DNA of 64,000 bases from Marsupella aquatica (taxonomy: Eukaryota; Plantae; Marchantiophyta), in the NCBI GenBank assembly GCA_973895155.1, contig OZ316891.1, positions 13,237,037 to 13,301,036 on the forward strand. The letters are read 5' to 3'. Below are positions 40,811 through 53,622 of this stretch, piece by piece; the stretch's first letter is position 1; each line of letters starts with the position of its first letter. The notes beneath the pieces were generated by a model, which was given only the letters and a program-made list of their open reading frames with translations, was not told the DNA's origin and searched no databases. A program made the translations under genes and the position numbers.

Positions 40811-42132
40811 ACCCCCCCATTTAAAAAATAAAATCAAGAAAAGGTGGGGGTGTCTCTTTTATCCTCATTTTCCCTTTTATTGCCTACTAATATTTTATTG
40901 ATTTTCACCTTCCATTGCTCCACTTAGTCTCATCCACTATCTCTCATCCCCTCCCCCTCTACTATATGGGAGGGTATTATAGTATTTCCACTATCTCTCA
41001 TCCCCTCCCCCTCCTTACTTATGGGACGTTATACCGTTATAGTATTGAGCCCTTGACCCATGGGTGCATCAATGATTTCCCCCTCCCTACGTTGACCTTC
41101 ATGTCTCCTAGTCCATGTCCCGTCATAATGATGTCCCAAGTGCCCCCATCCCAATGAAAACACATGACTCTCATGCCCCTCCTACCAAATACTTTGTCTT
41201 GTGTGCTTTGGGTTAGGGAGATTACATTGTGACTAATGAAAGTATAATGATAAAAGAAGTTATAAATCCAATGGCCATTGAACTGTCCCTCCAAAAATGA
41301 CTTTGTAGAGGGAAGATACACTATTTTTTGTCGGATTCCTTATTAAGTTATTATAGTAGTAGAGGTATAATAAGCCATAAAGTACTTGAATATGTTACTG
41401 TAGTTATTTTGGTAGCTTGCTTAGAGTAATTTTTGGCATGGAGCATAAAAGTGGAAGTAGATTATTTATGGTCTACTCAAAGTACATTTTGGCTTTGAGC
41501 ATTAAAGTGAAAATAGATTGACCTAAGGGGAAATAGAGTACATTGACATAAGATTGTTTTTGGCTTTTTCTCTTAAAAGGAGATTTCATTTTTTGGGGGT
41601 TAATTGTCTTTTCTTCCCAATTTTGCTCTTTTTAATGGTGTTGAAGGGAAGAAAAAGGGGGAGGGGGAGAGACGAGGCACTGGGTAAAGCAAGATGGGAG
41701 AGCACAAGGAAAGAAAGGGAAAGGAAGGGGGACGGGGAGGGGTAGGGGGAGGGGGAAAGACAGGTAGACAATTGTTCTAAAATGTTTTCCCCCCATCCTG
41801 CCCTCCATACAGCATCTTGCAACCCCATCCAGACCCCACAATGCCTTGGACGTTATTACCCATCTTGCACCCCCTGCAATCCACGAGCTCGAAACCCCCC
41901 CTCCAACAACATCATTTTTCACAACAACAACATTGCGGGACCAACCACCATGCACCCAAACAACATTTTGATCTGCACCTATAATGTGAGTACACTAAGG
42001 ATACGGCTAGAAAGATAACACTTCTGCAATAATAACACAATTGCATTAATAACAACCTAGTTGAAACTACAATTGACTTTCACAATGAAGACCCAGCCGG
42101 AGTGATAACCCACCCACAATCATAGCAACAAC

Positions 42133-43058
42133 TTTTTAGTACTTGTCCCCCTAACTGCTTGAATTCAGCATCCAGTGAGTCCCCAAAGCAAAATTATTTG
42201 TTAACCTGTCCCCCTTCCTATGTGTGGGGTACCCTATACTATGTGACCCCTGCCACATGGCAAGGTGCGAGTGGGCTAAAGTTTACAGGGCAGTATCCCT
42301 GGTCACCCCCTCCCCATTTCCCATTGTGTTGCATCCTGGGCAGGCCCGGTACCAGGGAAAACGACTCAGCTGTGCCTGTCTCCTCACGAAAGCCCAATGC
42401 TTTTGCCCCCTAATTTTTCTGAACAGAAATGCAGCGAGACTGCGTTTTGTGCCTTCTTGTCTTTCACCCGAAAAGAACCTGCGAATGAGCACATGTCAAT
42501 CTCCCTAGGTCGATCGGTGCCATCTTTTGTTCACATTTATCTTTGTGCTTAGGGCGACCTTCGTGCTGGCCAAAGGCGACGCAGCAGCGATCAAGAGAAG
42601 GTCGCCCTCACCAGCATGAAGGTTGCCCTCAGCCGTGCAGCCAACACAAAGATTGAAATGTGATCGAATTGAAGATGACACCGGACGATCAAGAGAAATG
42701 TGTGCACATTCGCGAAGTGTTTTCGGGAGGAAAAACGATGGCAGACACAAGGCATGTAGGGGACCAGGAACAATGTTTCTGCCTGAGTTTGTTGCCCCTA
42801 CATGCCAAACACCAGAAAAGAGACATTGTTCCTGGTCCCAGGTCTGCCCAAGATGCAACATGATGGGAAAGGGGGAGGGGGTGACCAGGGATACTGCCCT
42901 GTAAACTTTAGGCCACTCATGCCTCACCATGTGGCAGAGGTCACATAGTATACAGCTACCTGTACCCCATGTACTGAAAGGGGGACATGTTAACAAATAA
43001 TTTTGTTTTGGAGACTGGATGCTGAATTCGGGCAGTTAGGGGGACAGGTTACTAAAAA
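42133..43058. mobile_element. Foldback/MITE-like element, palindromic over nearly its whole length
   Basis: Arms ~42133-42358 and ~42826-43058 are reverse complements (shared core TAAAGTTTACAGGGCAGTATCCCTGGTCACCCCCTCCCC). Weaker symmetry continues toward the centre. Confidence 0.85.
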
Positions 43059-43304
43059 ACTGAATTGTGCAATGCATGGACACAAGGCTCAAAAGTTCAC
43101 ATTGCCTCCACAATACATACTTTCTTTTCCTCAGTGACTTTCTCCATGACATCTTTGGCACAAAACAAAACAAAAACATTTTTTTTTGCATTGACATTTT
43201 TTTGCATCTACATCTTTTGAACAACATTTTTTACACAATTACATATTTTGTTCACCACACAGGTATTGAGCTATCTATTTAGTAAAATGTGAACAATCAC
43301 ATTT

Positions 43305-43720
43305 TAGGGAGGGGGGAGAGGAGGCCATGAGGGAGAGGGGGGATTTCATCCTCCACCTAGCGTTGGGTGAATGTGGCTGCCTTGGTTGCCATCAATTCTT
43401 GCGCTCTCCCTCATCACTTTTGGAACTTCTTTTTGTCATGGATGGAGTTTAATGCAATGGCATCTTTCTCACCTCAACATCTTATCTTTTTCTCACCTTA
43501 AAATCTTTATCTCACCACGACATCTTTTTCTCACCCTTGACATCTTTTTCTCTCCTTGACATCTTTTCCTCAACTCAACATCATTTTCTCATCTTTGCAT
43601 GTATTTCTCACCTTGCTATCTTTACTCTCCTTGACATCTTTTCCTCTCAACATCTTTTCTCACCTTGAGATCTTTTCCTCACCTCGACATCTTTTGTGCA
43701 ACGCACAAGCATTAGGCTAG
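43305..43720 (+). mobile_element. Helitron-like minisatellite element
   Basis: A CTCACCTYGACATCTTTT array ending in GTGCAACGCACAAGCATTAGGCTAG|T. Confidence 0.75.
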
Positions 43721-44374
43721 TCAAATAGAATCAAGGATCAAGGATCAAATAGGGATCGAGGGGGAGAATCAAGGACGATTTGTCCTTCCCCATCCTGGGA
43801 ACAAAACCAAAATATGGAGGAGGCACAGGGAAACTGAAAAAGGAAGGGATTGCAGAGAATGCAGAGGGGGGAGGATCAAGGAGTATTTGTCCTCCTCTAT
43901 TCTCCCACCTCCCAGGCCAGCAGTGTGTACCAATTGCACAAAGTCCCAATATGGTCCACCCATGTCAATGCTGACACAACCCTGCTTATGGCATTTGCAA
44001 GTCACTACAAAGGGACTAAAATATTTTATCAGAGTGCCAAGTGAGCAATTCTTCCACATTTCCTTCTTACAACTTTTAACTACTTTGCAACTAAAGATGT
44101 TTGAATTGATAATAGTGCCACAAGTTTTTGATATTTAGAAATATGTCACGGTTACATATATGGACAAGAAGTTCACCAATGTAACCAGGGCAATCTTATT
44201 AAAAGAAAAGTCGGCATACTTATAAATACAACAAAATAGTGGCAGTATTGTAAATTGGAACATGTGTAGTGGCAATGTAGCTAAAAGCTGTTTTCTTAAA
44301 GCCCACGCAGGGCCTCTTATTAGGCTAAGCTTGAATTCCTTCCCTTGGCCGATTTTACACCACAATTTCTTTTT

Positions 44375-44784
44375 CATAACAACTACTTTTCATTCATGAC
44401 ATCTTTGTGCAACAACAACTTTTATGCATTGAAACCCTACAGGCAACAATCACTTTGTGAAATGATTTCTTTTATGAAATGACATCTTTACACAAGTACC
44501 TCGTTCATGCAACAAATTCTGTTAGACAACTTTACTACAACATCTTAGCCTTCACAAAAGTATTTCCAATATGACATTTTTCCGGCAGTGGCATCATTCT
44601 TTTACTCATTCGACAACAAATTTTGCGCAATGACATTAGAGAGATCTATTCTACAAGGACATCTTAGTTTCATGAAATATAATCTTTTTGTGAAACAACA
44701 TCATTACATATTATTTGATATCTTTGCATAACAACAGCTTTTATGCCACATACTCTTTTGTGCAATGCATGGGTAATGAGCTAG
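44375..44784 (+). mobile_element. Helitron-like element, same terminus with a different degenerate body
   Basis: Ends TGTGCAATGCATGGGTAATGAGCTAG|T. The body is rich in ACAAC/GACATCTT motifs, and the left boundary is approximate. Confidence 0.55.
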
Positions 44785-45149
44785 TTCGAGCAGAATTGTT
44801 TACAATCAAGTGGAAGAGTTGTGTGTTTTACACAAATGAAGAACAAGTCAAGTGATTCCAGGAAATTGTGTACCTTCTATATGAAACTAGCTACCACTAT
44901 TTGGGGCACCTCCAGCAGTGAATTAATTTCAGCTCGACTAGTGCAGAAATATTGTAGTTGTGGCCATGTTAAGGTACTCTTAGTGACATTTGGCTTTTGG
45001 GGGCTTTAGGTTGCTGCCATGTCAGCATTTTTGGCCTTGATTATATCTCGCTAAAAATTGACGGCATAGTCTGCTATCTGCAATCTGCTCTCTTCTTTTC
45101 AGTTTGGTGTTTGTCTAATCTCTTGTACATGTAAATTGGTCATGTTTTG

Positions 45150-45390
45150 TTTTTGCCTTGAATAACAAAAGCTGACCCATCCAACAGACTATCCATTCCG
45201 GAGCATGCACCTCTCTAGGGTAGCCCACTAGGGGGGTCATACCCGGTACCAGGAGGGAGAGAGGATTGGACCAAAGCCCCAAAACTGACCAGTCAGGGGC
45301 GAAGAGAAAAGTACTCCCACCACTACACCCCACCCACACAAACCCTCCACAACCCTTGCATGTGGAGGGGGGATTGAACCTGGGACCTCT
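45150..45390 (-). mobile_element. 5'-truncated SINE-like retroposon with 16-bp target-site duplication
   Basis: AATTGGTCATGTTTTG flanks it at 45134-45149 and 45391-45406. The minus strand starts AGAGGTCCCAGGTTCAATCC (B-box) and ends in CAAGGCAAAAA. Confidence 0.8.
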
Positions 45391-45471
45391 AATTGGTCAT
45401 GTTTTGGTTTGATTAGCAGCCTAGACAGACCTCTAATTGGTCATGTTTTGGTTTGATTAGCAGCCTAGACA
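45384..45471. repeat. Perfect 44-bp tandem duplication
   Basis: GACCTCTAATTGGTCATGTTTTGGTTTGATTAGCAGCCTAGACA x2. Confidence 0.97.
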
Positions 45472-45669
45472 AACCCAGATTCACAATGTGGCCGAAGAAA
45501 ACAACTCTGTGCAATCGATTCTTAATGGATACAGTAGACTCGTCCTCTCCCGTGTAAAAAACACGATGAGAAAGCGAATTTTGAAACCAAAACCCTTGAA
45601 CCCTACGATTCGGAACAGAACAGCAAGCACAACGGAGTGAAACAGAGAGACGAATTCAGTGGATTCTTG

Positions 45670-48600
45670 ATGTGGTCGAGAGTTGTTCCAATTGCTTTAG
45701 GCAGCTCCAATCTTCTCGTTCGCCACCATCTCACGGTTCCGGTTGTGGCATCAAAGTTTCAATTGGGTTCGGGCTTTTCTGGGTTTAGCAGGACCTTGAA
45801 GAGTTCACAGCAGGCGATGGGGTTTACTGCAGCCCTGGATCCGGGGGCGAATTCGGCAGCCTCGGCGCTGAACACCACCGCCGGGGCAGCGAAGAGGAAG
45901 CCGGAGAAGAAGGTTGGCACGCACAATGGTACTTTTCATTGTGACGAGGCTCTGGGCTGCTTCATGATTCGACTGACGGACAAGTTCTCCGACGCAGAGA
46001 TTGTCCGAACGAGAGATCAGCGGGTATCACTCTTTAACTGCAAACTAAATGTTCGGTTTGAGTACTCCTGTAGATCTTCATTCCGCAATTTGCAACATAA
46101 TCTGCGCTCAGGTTGAACAACCGTTGCTTGAACTTTGTTGTGTCACTCACGATTTGAGGGTTTTTGAGCTACATCCAATCAGCTTGGTTGTATGTCGTGC
46201 ACCAAAGTAATCGGTCCTCTCAAATGACAGCACAAGTATTGCAGTCGAAGATGAGTTCCTTACTACTCTATGAGTCAATCCCAATCCCACCTGAGGCCGC
46301 CGGGTTTAAAGTACTTGGGGTTAGAGACCACCCCCCCCCCCCCCACCCCAACCCCTGCCCCCCCCCTAACTGTGTGCTGATGGGTCGCCAGAGAGCAACC
46401 TCTGTCCCTGCGCCTCGCAGATAATTTTTTTTATTATTATCATAAAGTCGTTAATGATGCTGTAGAATTTGAAAACCTCTCATTCAGTCATTCATCGGAT
46501 TGCAACTGTCGGGGTTGCAGATTCTTGACACGATGGATGCGGTGCTAGACGTCGGGGGTGTTTATGATCCGGAAAGAGATCGGTATGATCACCATCAGAG
46601 GGGTTTTGACCAGGTCTTTGGACACGGTTTCACGACGAAGTTGAGCAGTGCCGGTCTCGTTTACAAAGTGCGTTGTCTATAGTCATCGAATTTTGAATTT
46701 TGAACAATGAGACTAGCAAGGATTGCCTTCTGTAGACATAAGCTGTTCACCAGTGATGTTGAAGTTCATTCTTAGTTACGCCTAGTACTTCTCATGAGCT
46801 TGTATTGTTGCACTGCACATTCAACAGCATTTTGGCGAGGAGATTGTGTCGAAGGAACTTGGTAAGGACCCCCAGGATCCCGATGTGAAACGAGTCTACC
46901 TTGCTGTCTATAAGAGCTTCATGGAGGTACTGATCGTCACATGTACTGGGAAACTCGTACAGGGAAATTGTCGTCTTAAACATCCTTCGTTCTGGGTTCG
47001 GTGTTGTTTTTGTGCAAATGGTCAGATTCGGAAGCATGTCTGAAAGAAGACGTTTACCCTCAATTTAACAGGTTGTAAGCCATATAGCTGTCCATGTGAA
47101 TTGTCCGTAGGACAAAAGAATCGCAAATCGATCAGTTCATCCTGCTCCAGTTGTTTTATCTCACTCCTTTGTGAGTTTGTCCATTCTAGATTCTTTCAAG
47201 CAGGATCCAATGCTTTTGTGCAGTCTGCCTGGTCGCAAGAAAGGTGGTTACTAGCGCGTGGGTGGACTCATTCTGCTTGCCAGCTTTTAAGCTGGTGTAT
47301 CTCCTTCCACCAGGGATATGCTGGATGCTCATTCACAGACCCATGGGTTATGTTGATGCATTTGCAGCATCTTGCAACCCTGAAAAATGTCTGTCAAGCC
47401 TTGAATTTGCGGAAATTCACGGAGTCCGCTGTCACATTAGGTTTCACAAGAGTGAACATAAAGATTGTCTTGTACTATACATGATTGAAGATTGCTTGCT
47501 TACTTGAAAACATCAAGAATCTCCAATGTCAAGGTTTTTAGCCAAGTTCGAGGTTTGTGGAGATTTGAGTAAGTCTGGTTCCTGTCTGAATATTACGTTT
47601 GGCCTTAAGGTTCCGAATGATCAGTCCTCAAGTAAAGCTTATAACTGACGTGATTTGCGTTGTTTCTCTTGACTGAAGGCAATTGATGGCATTGACAACG
47701 GCATAAATCAGTATGACTCTGACCTTCAGCCAAAGTATGTAGAGGGGACAAATCTCTCTGCCCGTGTGGGAAAGCTCAATCCTGATTGGATGGATGAGCA
47801 GACTGCAGAAAAAGAGGATCAAGCCTTCCATAAAGCCATGAATCTCACCGGGACAGAATTTCTTGAGGTAAAACCTTTAAGATGTGGCACGCTGTTCTGC
47901 GTTGATTGTTTAGGCATGAACGGTTGCTCATATTTGCTCTGCAATCATTTAACTTTGTAATTTCTCCTCTCAATGAGCTATGTGAATGTTATGAAGTATT
48001 GTTCACTTTAACAACTTTTGGTGGCATGGCTGCAGTCAGTGCACTTCTATGGAAAATCTTGGCTACCAGCTAGGTCAATTGTGGCAGAAAGCTTAGGAGA
48101 GAGACATCAAGCCCATGAAAGTGGGGAAATTATGATCTTGAAGCAGTTTTGTCCAGTAAGTGATCCCAACAGAGCATAGGCTCCTTGACTTGGATCGTAT
48201 CCTATCTCTTCATTTTATGTATGTGGATTTATGATGTAGAAGTAAGTAAGACAGGCCGGAATTTCCTTCACTGGGTTGATACTTTGTGTGCTTCACGCTT
48301 CTTACCCTCTCCTTTTAGCATCACAATGTCTTAAGAGTCTTGATGTTTTACGCTGTGATGGCTAACCTCGAGCGCTGCTTACCTCAATGTTTTCTTACCA
48401 TTGTTCAAATTTTCTGCTCATGGCAGTGGAAGGAGCACCTCTTTGAAATTGAGGAGGAGCTAGGGTTGAATCCTTCTATCAAATATGTGGTTTACCAGGT
48501 AACTACGATCGACTGCGCCGATGAAGCATTAGCTGAAGCGTATACTTGTGTCTTCAGCTCGCCGGTTTCATGACCAACTGCACTAATATGTGATTACGAT

Positions 48601-49161
48601 GCCTTTTGGACTAAAATAACGTGTCATTCGGAAAGGGTTAAATTATTTGTGTTTTGCAGCACCCAGGATTTTTTCTATATTGGTGAACGTATTGGTAGTT
48701 ATGATAAGCAGAAATGATCATGTTTGTTCTCTCATCTCATCTTAGGGATCGTATTCTGTTGGAAAGGTCTATGTGGTTCGATATTCTGACAGCTTGTAGG
48801 TATAGGTCCATTCAGTTAAGATTTGGCCGGAATTGACATGAGAGGGAATTTTGGCTGAGTGGGAACGTTGTATGTCGATTCTCATCGCAAATTTGCCTTC
48901 ATGTACCCGCTGTGGACTTCGTAGGATGAACGAAGTGGGCAATGGCGTGTTCAAGCAGTGGCTGTCGCCCCAGGAAAGTTTGAAAGCAGGAAGGCTTTGC
49001 CAGTGGCGTGGCGTGGATTGCGTGATGACGAGCTTTCAAAGGAATCTGGAATCGGAGGATGTGTGTTTGTCCACATGAGTGGATTCATCGGAGGTGCCAA
49101 GACATTTGACAGTACTTTGGAGCTTGCTAGGAAAGCACTAAGTATAATGGAAAGTGCTTGA
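45670..49161 (+). CDS. MYG1: MYG1 family (UPF0160) DHH-type exonuclease, ~405 aa
   Basis: Exons 45670-46023, 46521-46667, 46828-46926, 47679-47867, 48036-48155, 48427-48498, 48925-49161 (1218 nt, in frame). Motifs: [69 protein letters not shown]. Confidence 0.97.
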
Positions 49162-49642
49162 TGAGTTCTTGGCACCGAAATGATGACAGCCTCCATTCAA
49201 AATGCATTTTGTGTCATAGTTTCTCGGAGCAACAAAGAGGACTTGAGGACAGGTATCTTGTCGCCCGCGTGTTGCTGATTACTATAGACACAATCATTAT
49301 GATGCCAGTAGAATGCCAACCAGCAGTGCACTTCTCCTCTTTTGCAACAGAGTGCAACATTTTCATAAATCCATTGTAGCCTGCCTGATTACCTCCACTT
49401 GCTGCAAATGCGTAAAAGGAGATATAAGTCTAGCACACAACAAACCGCGTGGCAGTGAACAAGCCATTTGACCCAAGTGGCCAGGAATGCACGTCCGCAA
49501 TGAATTCAACAGGTCTATGAACCCGGCAAAAGTGGCCCTCATAGTTGTATTTATGGTGTAGTTTATGATCATCCTGCTAGAACGGGTACTTCACAAGATC
49601 GAGAGGACTACAGTTGAGGATCATTTCCAAGAGTTCGCTTTT

Positions 49643-49825
49643 AGATCGCATCACAACGGTTCAGATCAACTAAGTGGCCCCCTTTTCAGATTCTGCTATT
49701 AGATCTCATCACAACCGTTCAGATCAAGTGGCCCCTTTTAAGATTTGGTATTACATTGCATCAAACCATCCAGATCAAGTGGCCCCTTTTCAGATTTTGC
49801 TACCAGATTTTATCACAACCGTTCA
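49643..49825. repeat. Degenerate tandem repeat, ~3.5 x 50-57 bp
   Basis: Repeating unit AGATC.CATCACAACCGTTCAGATCAAGTGGCCCCTTTTCAGATT. Confidence 0.85.
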
Positions 49826-52800
49826 TGTCGAGTGAGTGGTTCACTTTGGCTTTGTATGAGTTGAGAGGTCATTTATACTGAACCTACAATCTCACATAGA
49901 CTCAAGTGGAGTGGGTCCCTCAAAATGCTTATGTGGCCAGTGTAATCTTGGCCAAAGCTAAGACCACCTTTGGAGGTGGTGTTTGTGAAAGGACCTCTCG
50001 TTCTCTCAATTTGTCAGGATGATATTGAATGCATTCTATGACCACGTTTTTTGGTCAACTGACAATCCAAACAGGTATGGTAAACACAAGTGAGCTCTTC
50101 CCATCCCATTTGTGTGTGTGTGTGTGTGTTTTGAAGGTGGGGGGTGGGGGGAGCGGAGGCACGGTGTTGTCGGGATGGGAAATAGAGGAAAGGAAGTTAT
50201 TTTTGAGTTGGAAATATTTGGTGAAGGGATTCAGTTTGGGTGTGCTTTTTGTTGTTTTGGAGAAAGTTCAAAAAGACAAAAGAGGAATAAAACAAGTGAA
50301 AGTTGAAGCTTAGACTTAAGGAAATAGAGACAATTAATGCACGTGGCATCCTGAGAGCACATTTCATAAGGGTCAGATTCAAAGTGAGACGCGAGGAGGA
50401 GAATCGGGAGGAAAAATAACGGCCGATCGAAGACGGGCGATAGAAAAAAGTTCGCAAGGAGAAAAAAAATTAAAAAAAATGAGGCGCTATGGAGAGCTCG
50501 GGGATGAATAGGTGAGATTCAGCAGAAAGGGAATGTTGTTGTAGTGCGGAGGTCTGGAGATTTTTTTCGAGTGGCGGAGGCGTCGGTGGTCATTACTCGT
50601 CTGGTCGTGACTGCTATGAAAGGAACGAGAGGTGATCGTTACAGTGGAGAAAGTGGGTGATGAGATTCGGCGATAGAATGAAGGGACGTTCGTGGAAAGG
50701 ATGGTGAAGATAAATTTTCGCAGGAAGGAAAGGAAAGGAGTGAATGGAAGAATGGAGAAATGCTGACGCGCGTGATCGGATTTGCGAGCTTTCGAGTAAA
50801 GGGGACTTCAGGATCGAAGAGGATGGAAAGCAAAAAACGGAACGAGTGAATGAACGTAGGAGGATATGGAGAGATGAAGAATTGAGGCAGTGGCGAGGAT
50901 CAGAAAGTGAAGAAATAAAGCAGAAAACGAGAGCTTTCGGTAGATTCTTCGAGTGAGAACAGAACAGATGGCTGATTGTTAGAACGGGAAGAAAGGGAGA
51001 TGAGCGACAAGAGGGCGATCAGGATCAAGCGAGGGAAAGCAGAAAGCAAGGCGAAACAAATGACATGGAAGGATAGTTCACAAGGAATTGAAGTGGAGAG
51101 AAAGGGGATTGGAGGAAGCGATGTGCGTGCATGAGTTAAGTTTTTCTTCTCTTCTTGCGAATCGACAGTGGTAGGAGCAGGGACGAGGACGGTAAAGGAG
51201 AAGAAAGGTTCAATTCAAACGCTACTATCTCAGTTTCGCTGAAGAGAGATTCTACGGTGAACGAACAGAGGTTTGATGTGAACCCAACTGAGTGAAGTTT
51301 TGCTCGATCGGATCGCTAGTCGCGCTGGAGCAGGAAAGGGTGATCTCGTGACAGAAGGTACATGGGAGCAAATGTAGTGACTGAAGAAAACGATGATGAT
51401 GGTGAGTTGAAGTAGGAATGAGATGTTCGTCGAGGAGTATCCAAGAGAAGAAATGAATCTAAAGTCGAAAAACATTCAGGATTTATCACGAGAAGGCAGT
51501 TGTAACAGACAGATGAATTCTGAAAACAGCGTCACGGAATAACGGAGTCTGAGCAGCATCACGGAGAGCTTTTGAAAGAGCAAGAGAATTGAGGGAGGGT
51601 AAACACTTACGTTCGAGCAACCCAGGCGAGCAAAGAGTAAGATCCAGCCAAAGCATACGACATTGAAGTAAGAGAAGATTAGAACAGAGAAAAGCTTCTC
51701 GGTTTCGAGTGTTCTGAACGAAGCTCAGAAGTGTGTATACAGAGAGATCGAACCATCAGAAGGGAAAATGCGAAATGAGGATACTTTCGAGAAAAATGAC
51801 AAGTGTTTGCTAAGAAATGAAAAGAGGTTTTCGGATGCAAGGATGATAAGTGATGAGAAAGGAACTCGATCATTTTAAAGTGAAAAGTACTAGAGATTTG
51901 AAGCTCTTTGACTGGAAAGGAGTAAATGTGATATGGACTGTGAAATAAAGGTTGAAGCATTGACTAAATACAGGAGAACCAGAGAAGCTGAAAACCTATT
52001 CTTAAAAATAAGGAAGTTAACTGCATTCGACGAGTGGAACCCGGTGATTGGATCCATCTTTAGGTTAGGGATAGTCTGTTGCCATGGGGTATGAGGATAG
52101 CGGCCGTAAGTTCTTTTTGCTATGGGACTGGAAACTTGAAGAGAGAAGGAAGAAGAGCCAAGAAGAAGAGTGTAAGAGGAGCGACGACGTGAAGGAAGCT
52201 CGGCAGAGACTAAAATTGTGTCCAACATGTTTGGGGGAAACCATCGATGAGCTTGAGGCCGAGACCTGACCTGATGATTGAGCTGAGTTTAGTGGAGAAA
52301 CCTGAGTTAGGAGATGAGCCACCGAAAAACACTTTTGTAAACCCGAACCAAACTTCATATTTTGAAAATGATTGAAATAAAAAGTTGAGTTTGGATTATT
52401 TTATGTGATCGAAATGATGAAATGCTCTTGTGGTAAAAATGTTTAATTGTTATGGAAATGTGAGTGATGCATCGAATTTAGATGTAAGTAGAAATTTAGT
52501 GTTTTAAGTTAAAATAGCTTAGTGTAATTTCGTATTTAAAATGGAAACTGATTAGGATTAAGAAAGATTAAACCAACTTAAGAAAATACTATGTAAAATC
52601 CAAGTCCCTAAAAGTATTAAAAAGTCTACTTTTATACCGCTTTAAACTGGTCCCCGGACACCGGTGTGAGAATGAGATTCAAAAAACACTGCGGCGAAAA
52701 CCAGCGGCGGAAAGAGAACAACAATTTTGTCCAATCCCTCTCATGAGGTTGCTAAGAGGCGCTTTTGTATACCAGGGGGACACAGGATATAAACTGCAAG

Positions 52801-52922
52801 GAGATATAATTCTAGCCCATAACCCCACTGGGCAGTGAAACAAGCTGTTTAGTGGCAGGGGATGCACACCTCAGTGAAGTCACCAATGCTAGGAACCCCA
52901 GAAAAGTATTTATGGTGTAAAC

Positions 52923-53064
52923 CTATCATCCTGCCACTTAGGTGCAGTGAATCAACTATTTAATAGATCAACAAAACTTTGCTCAACTGGTGGTGCCCAT
53001 TTCTCTTTACAAGCCACTATCATCCTGCCACTTAGGTGTAGTGAAGCAACAATTTAATAGATCA
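52923..53064. repeat. Direct repeat, 2 x ~48 bp
   Basis: CTATCATCCTGCCACTTAGGTGYAGTGAA.CAAC.ATTTAATAGATCA at 52923 and ~53017. Confidence 0.9.
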
Positions 53065-53174
53065 GGTGCCCCCTTCTTGTTACAAGACCCCTGGAGGCTG
53101 TTTATAGCTTGAGAATTCCAATCCTATTCAAACCCTACCTGGAAACCCTACCTGGAAACTTTGTGCCAAAAGAT

Positions 53175-53622
53175 TAGGGCTTCTCAAAGCTTGGCCTTAA
53201 CAAGATAAGGCCCTCCCATAACTCAAGTATTATGGGAAGTCCCGTAAAAGTTATGGGAGCCAATCTCCGGTTACCGTAAAGAAAGCTTGTGGGCTCAACA
53301 CTTAACCCTAAACTTTCCCACAACTTTAGGCAGAAATCCGGAAATCCAGGACTCCGGAACTCCAGAAAGCCGCAACTGAAGACATGTGGGAATTGTTCCT
53401 GACATGATGAATCACTGTTGCATTTGAGGCGGCGGCTGATCAAGAATTGAGGAAAAATATATATGCAATGAGACAGGTGAGGCCGTAACTCCTGCCTTAT
53501 GGGGTGGATCAATGTAACCTCGCCCCATTTTTAAAATTCTATAACTGGATCCCATAACTTGAGTTATGGAATATATCACAAACCCGTAACTTTCACTAAT
53601 GACCTAGCTTTGAGACTCCCTA
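53175..53622. mobile_element. MITE-like element with TAGGG..TCTCAAAGCT termini
   Basis: TAGGGCTTCTCAAAGCTTGG ... CCTAGCTTTGAGACTCCCTA, with internal palindromic CCCATAACT/AGTTATGGG motifs. Confidence 0.65.

Noticed and set aside
42159-42996. Similar ORFs on opposite strands (…KVYRAVSLVTPSPFPI…)
   Set aside because: The similarity is a by-product of the foldback arms; no transposase motifs are present.
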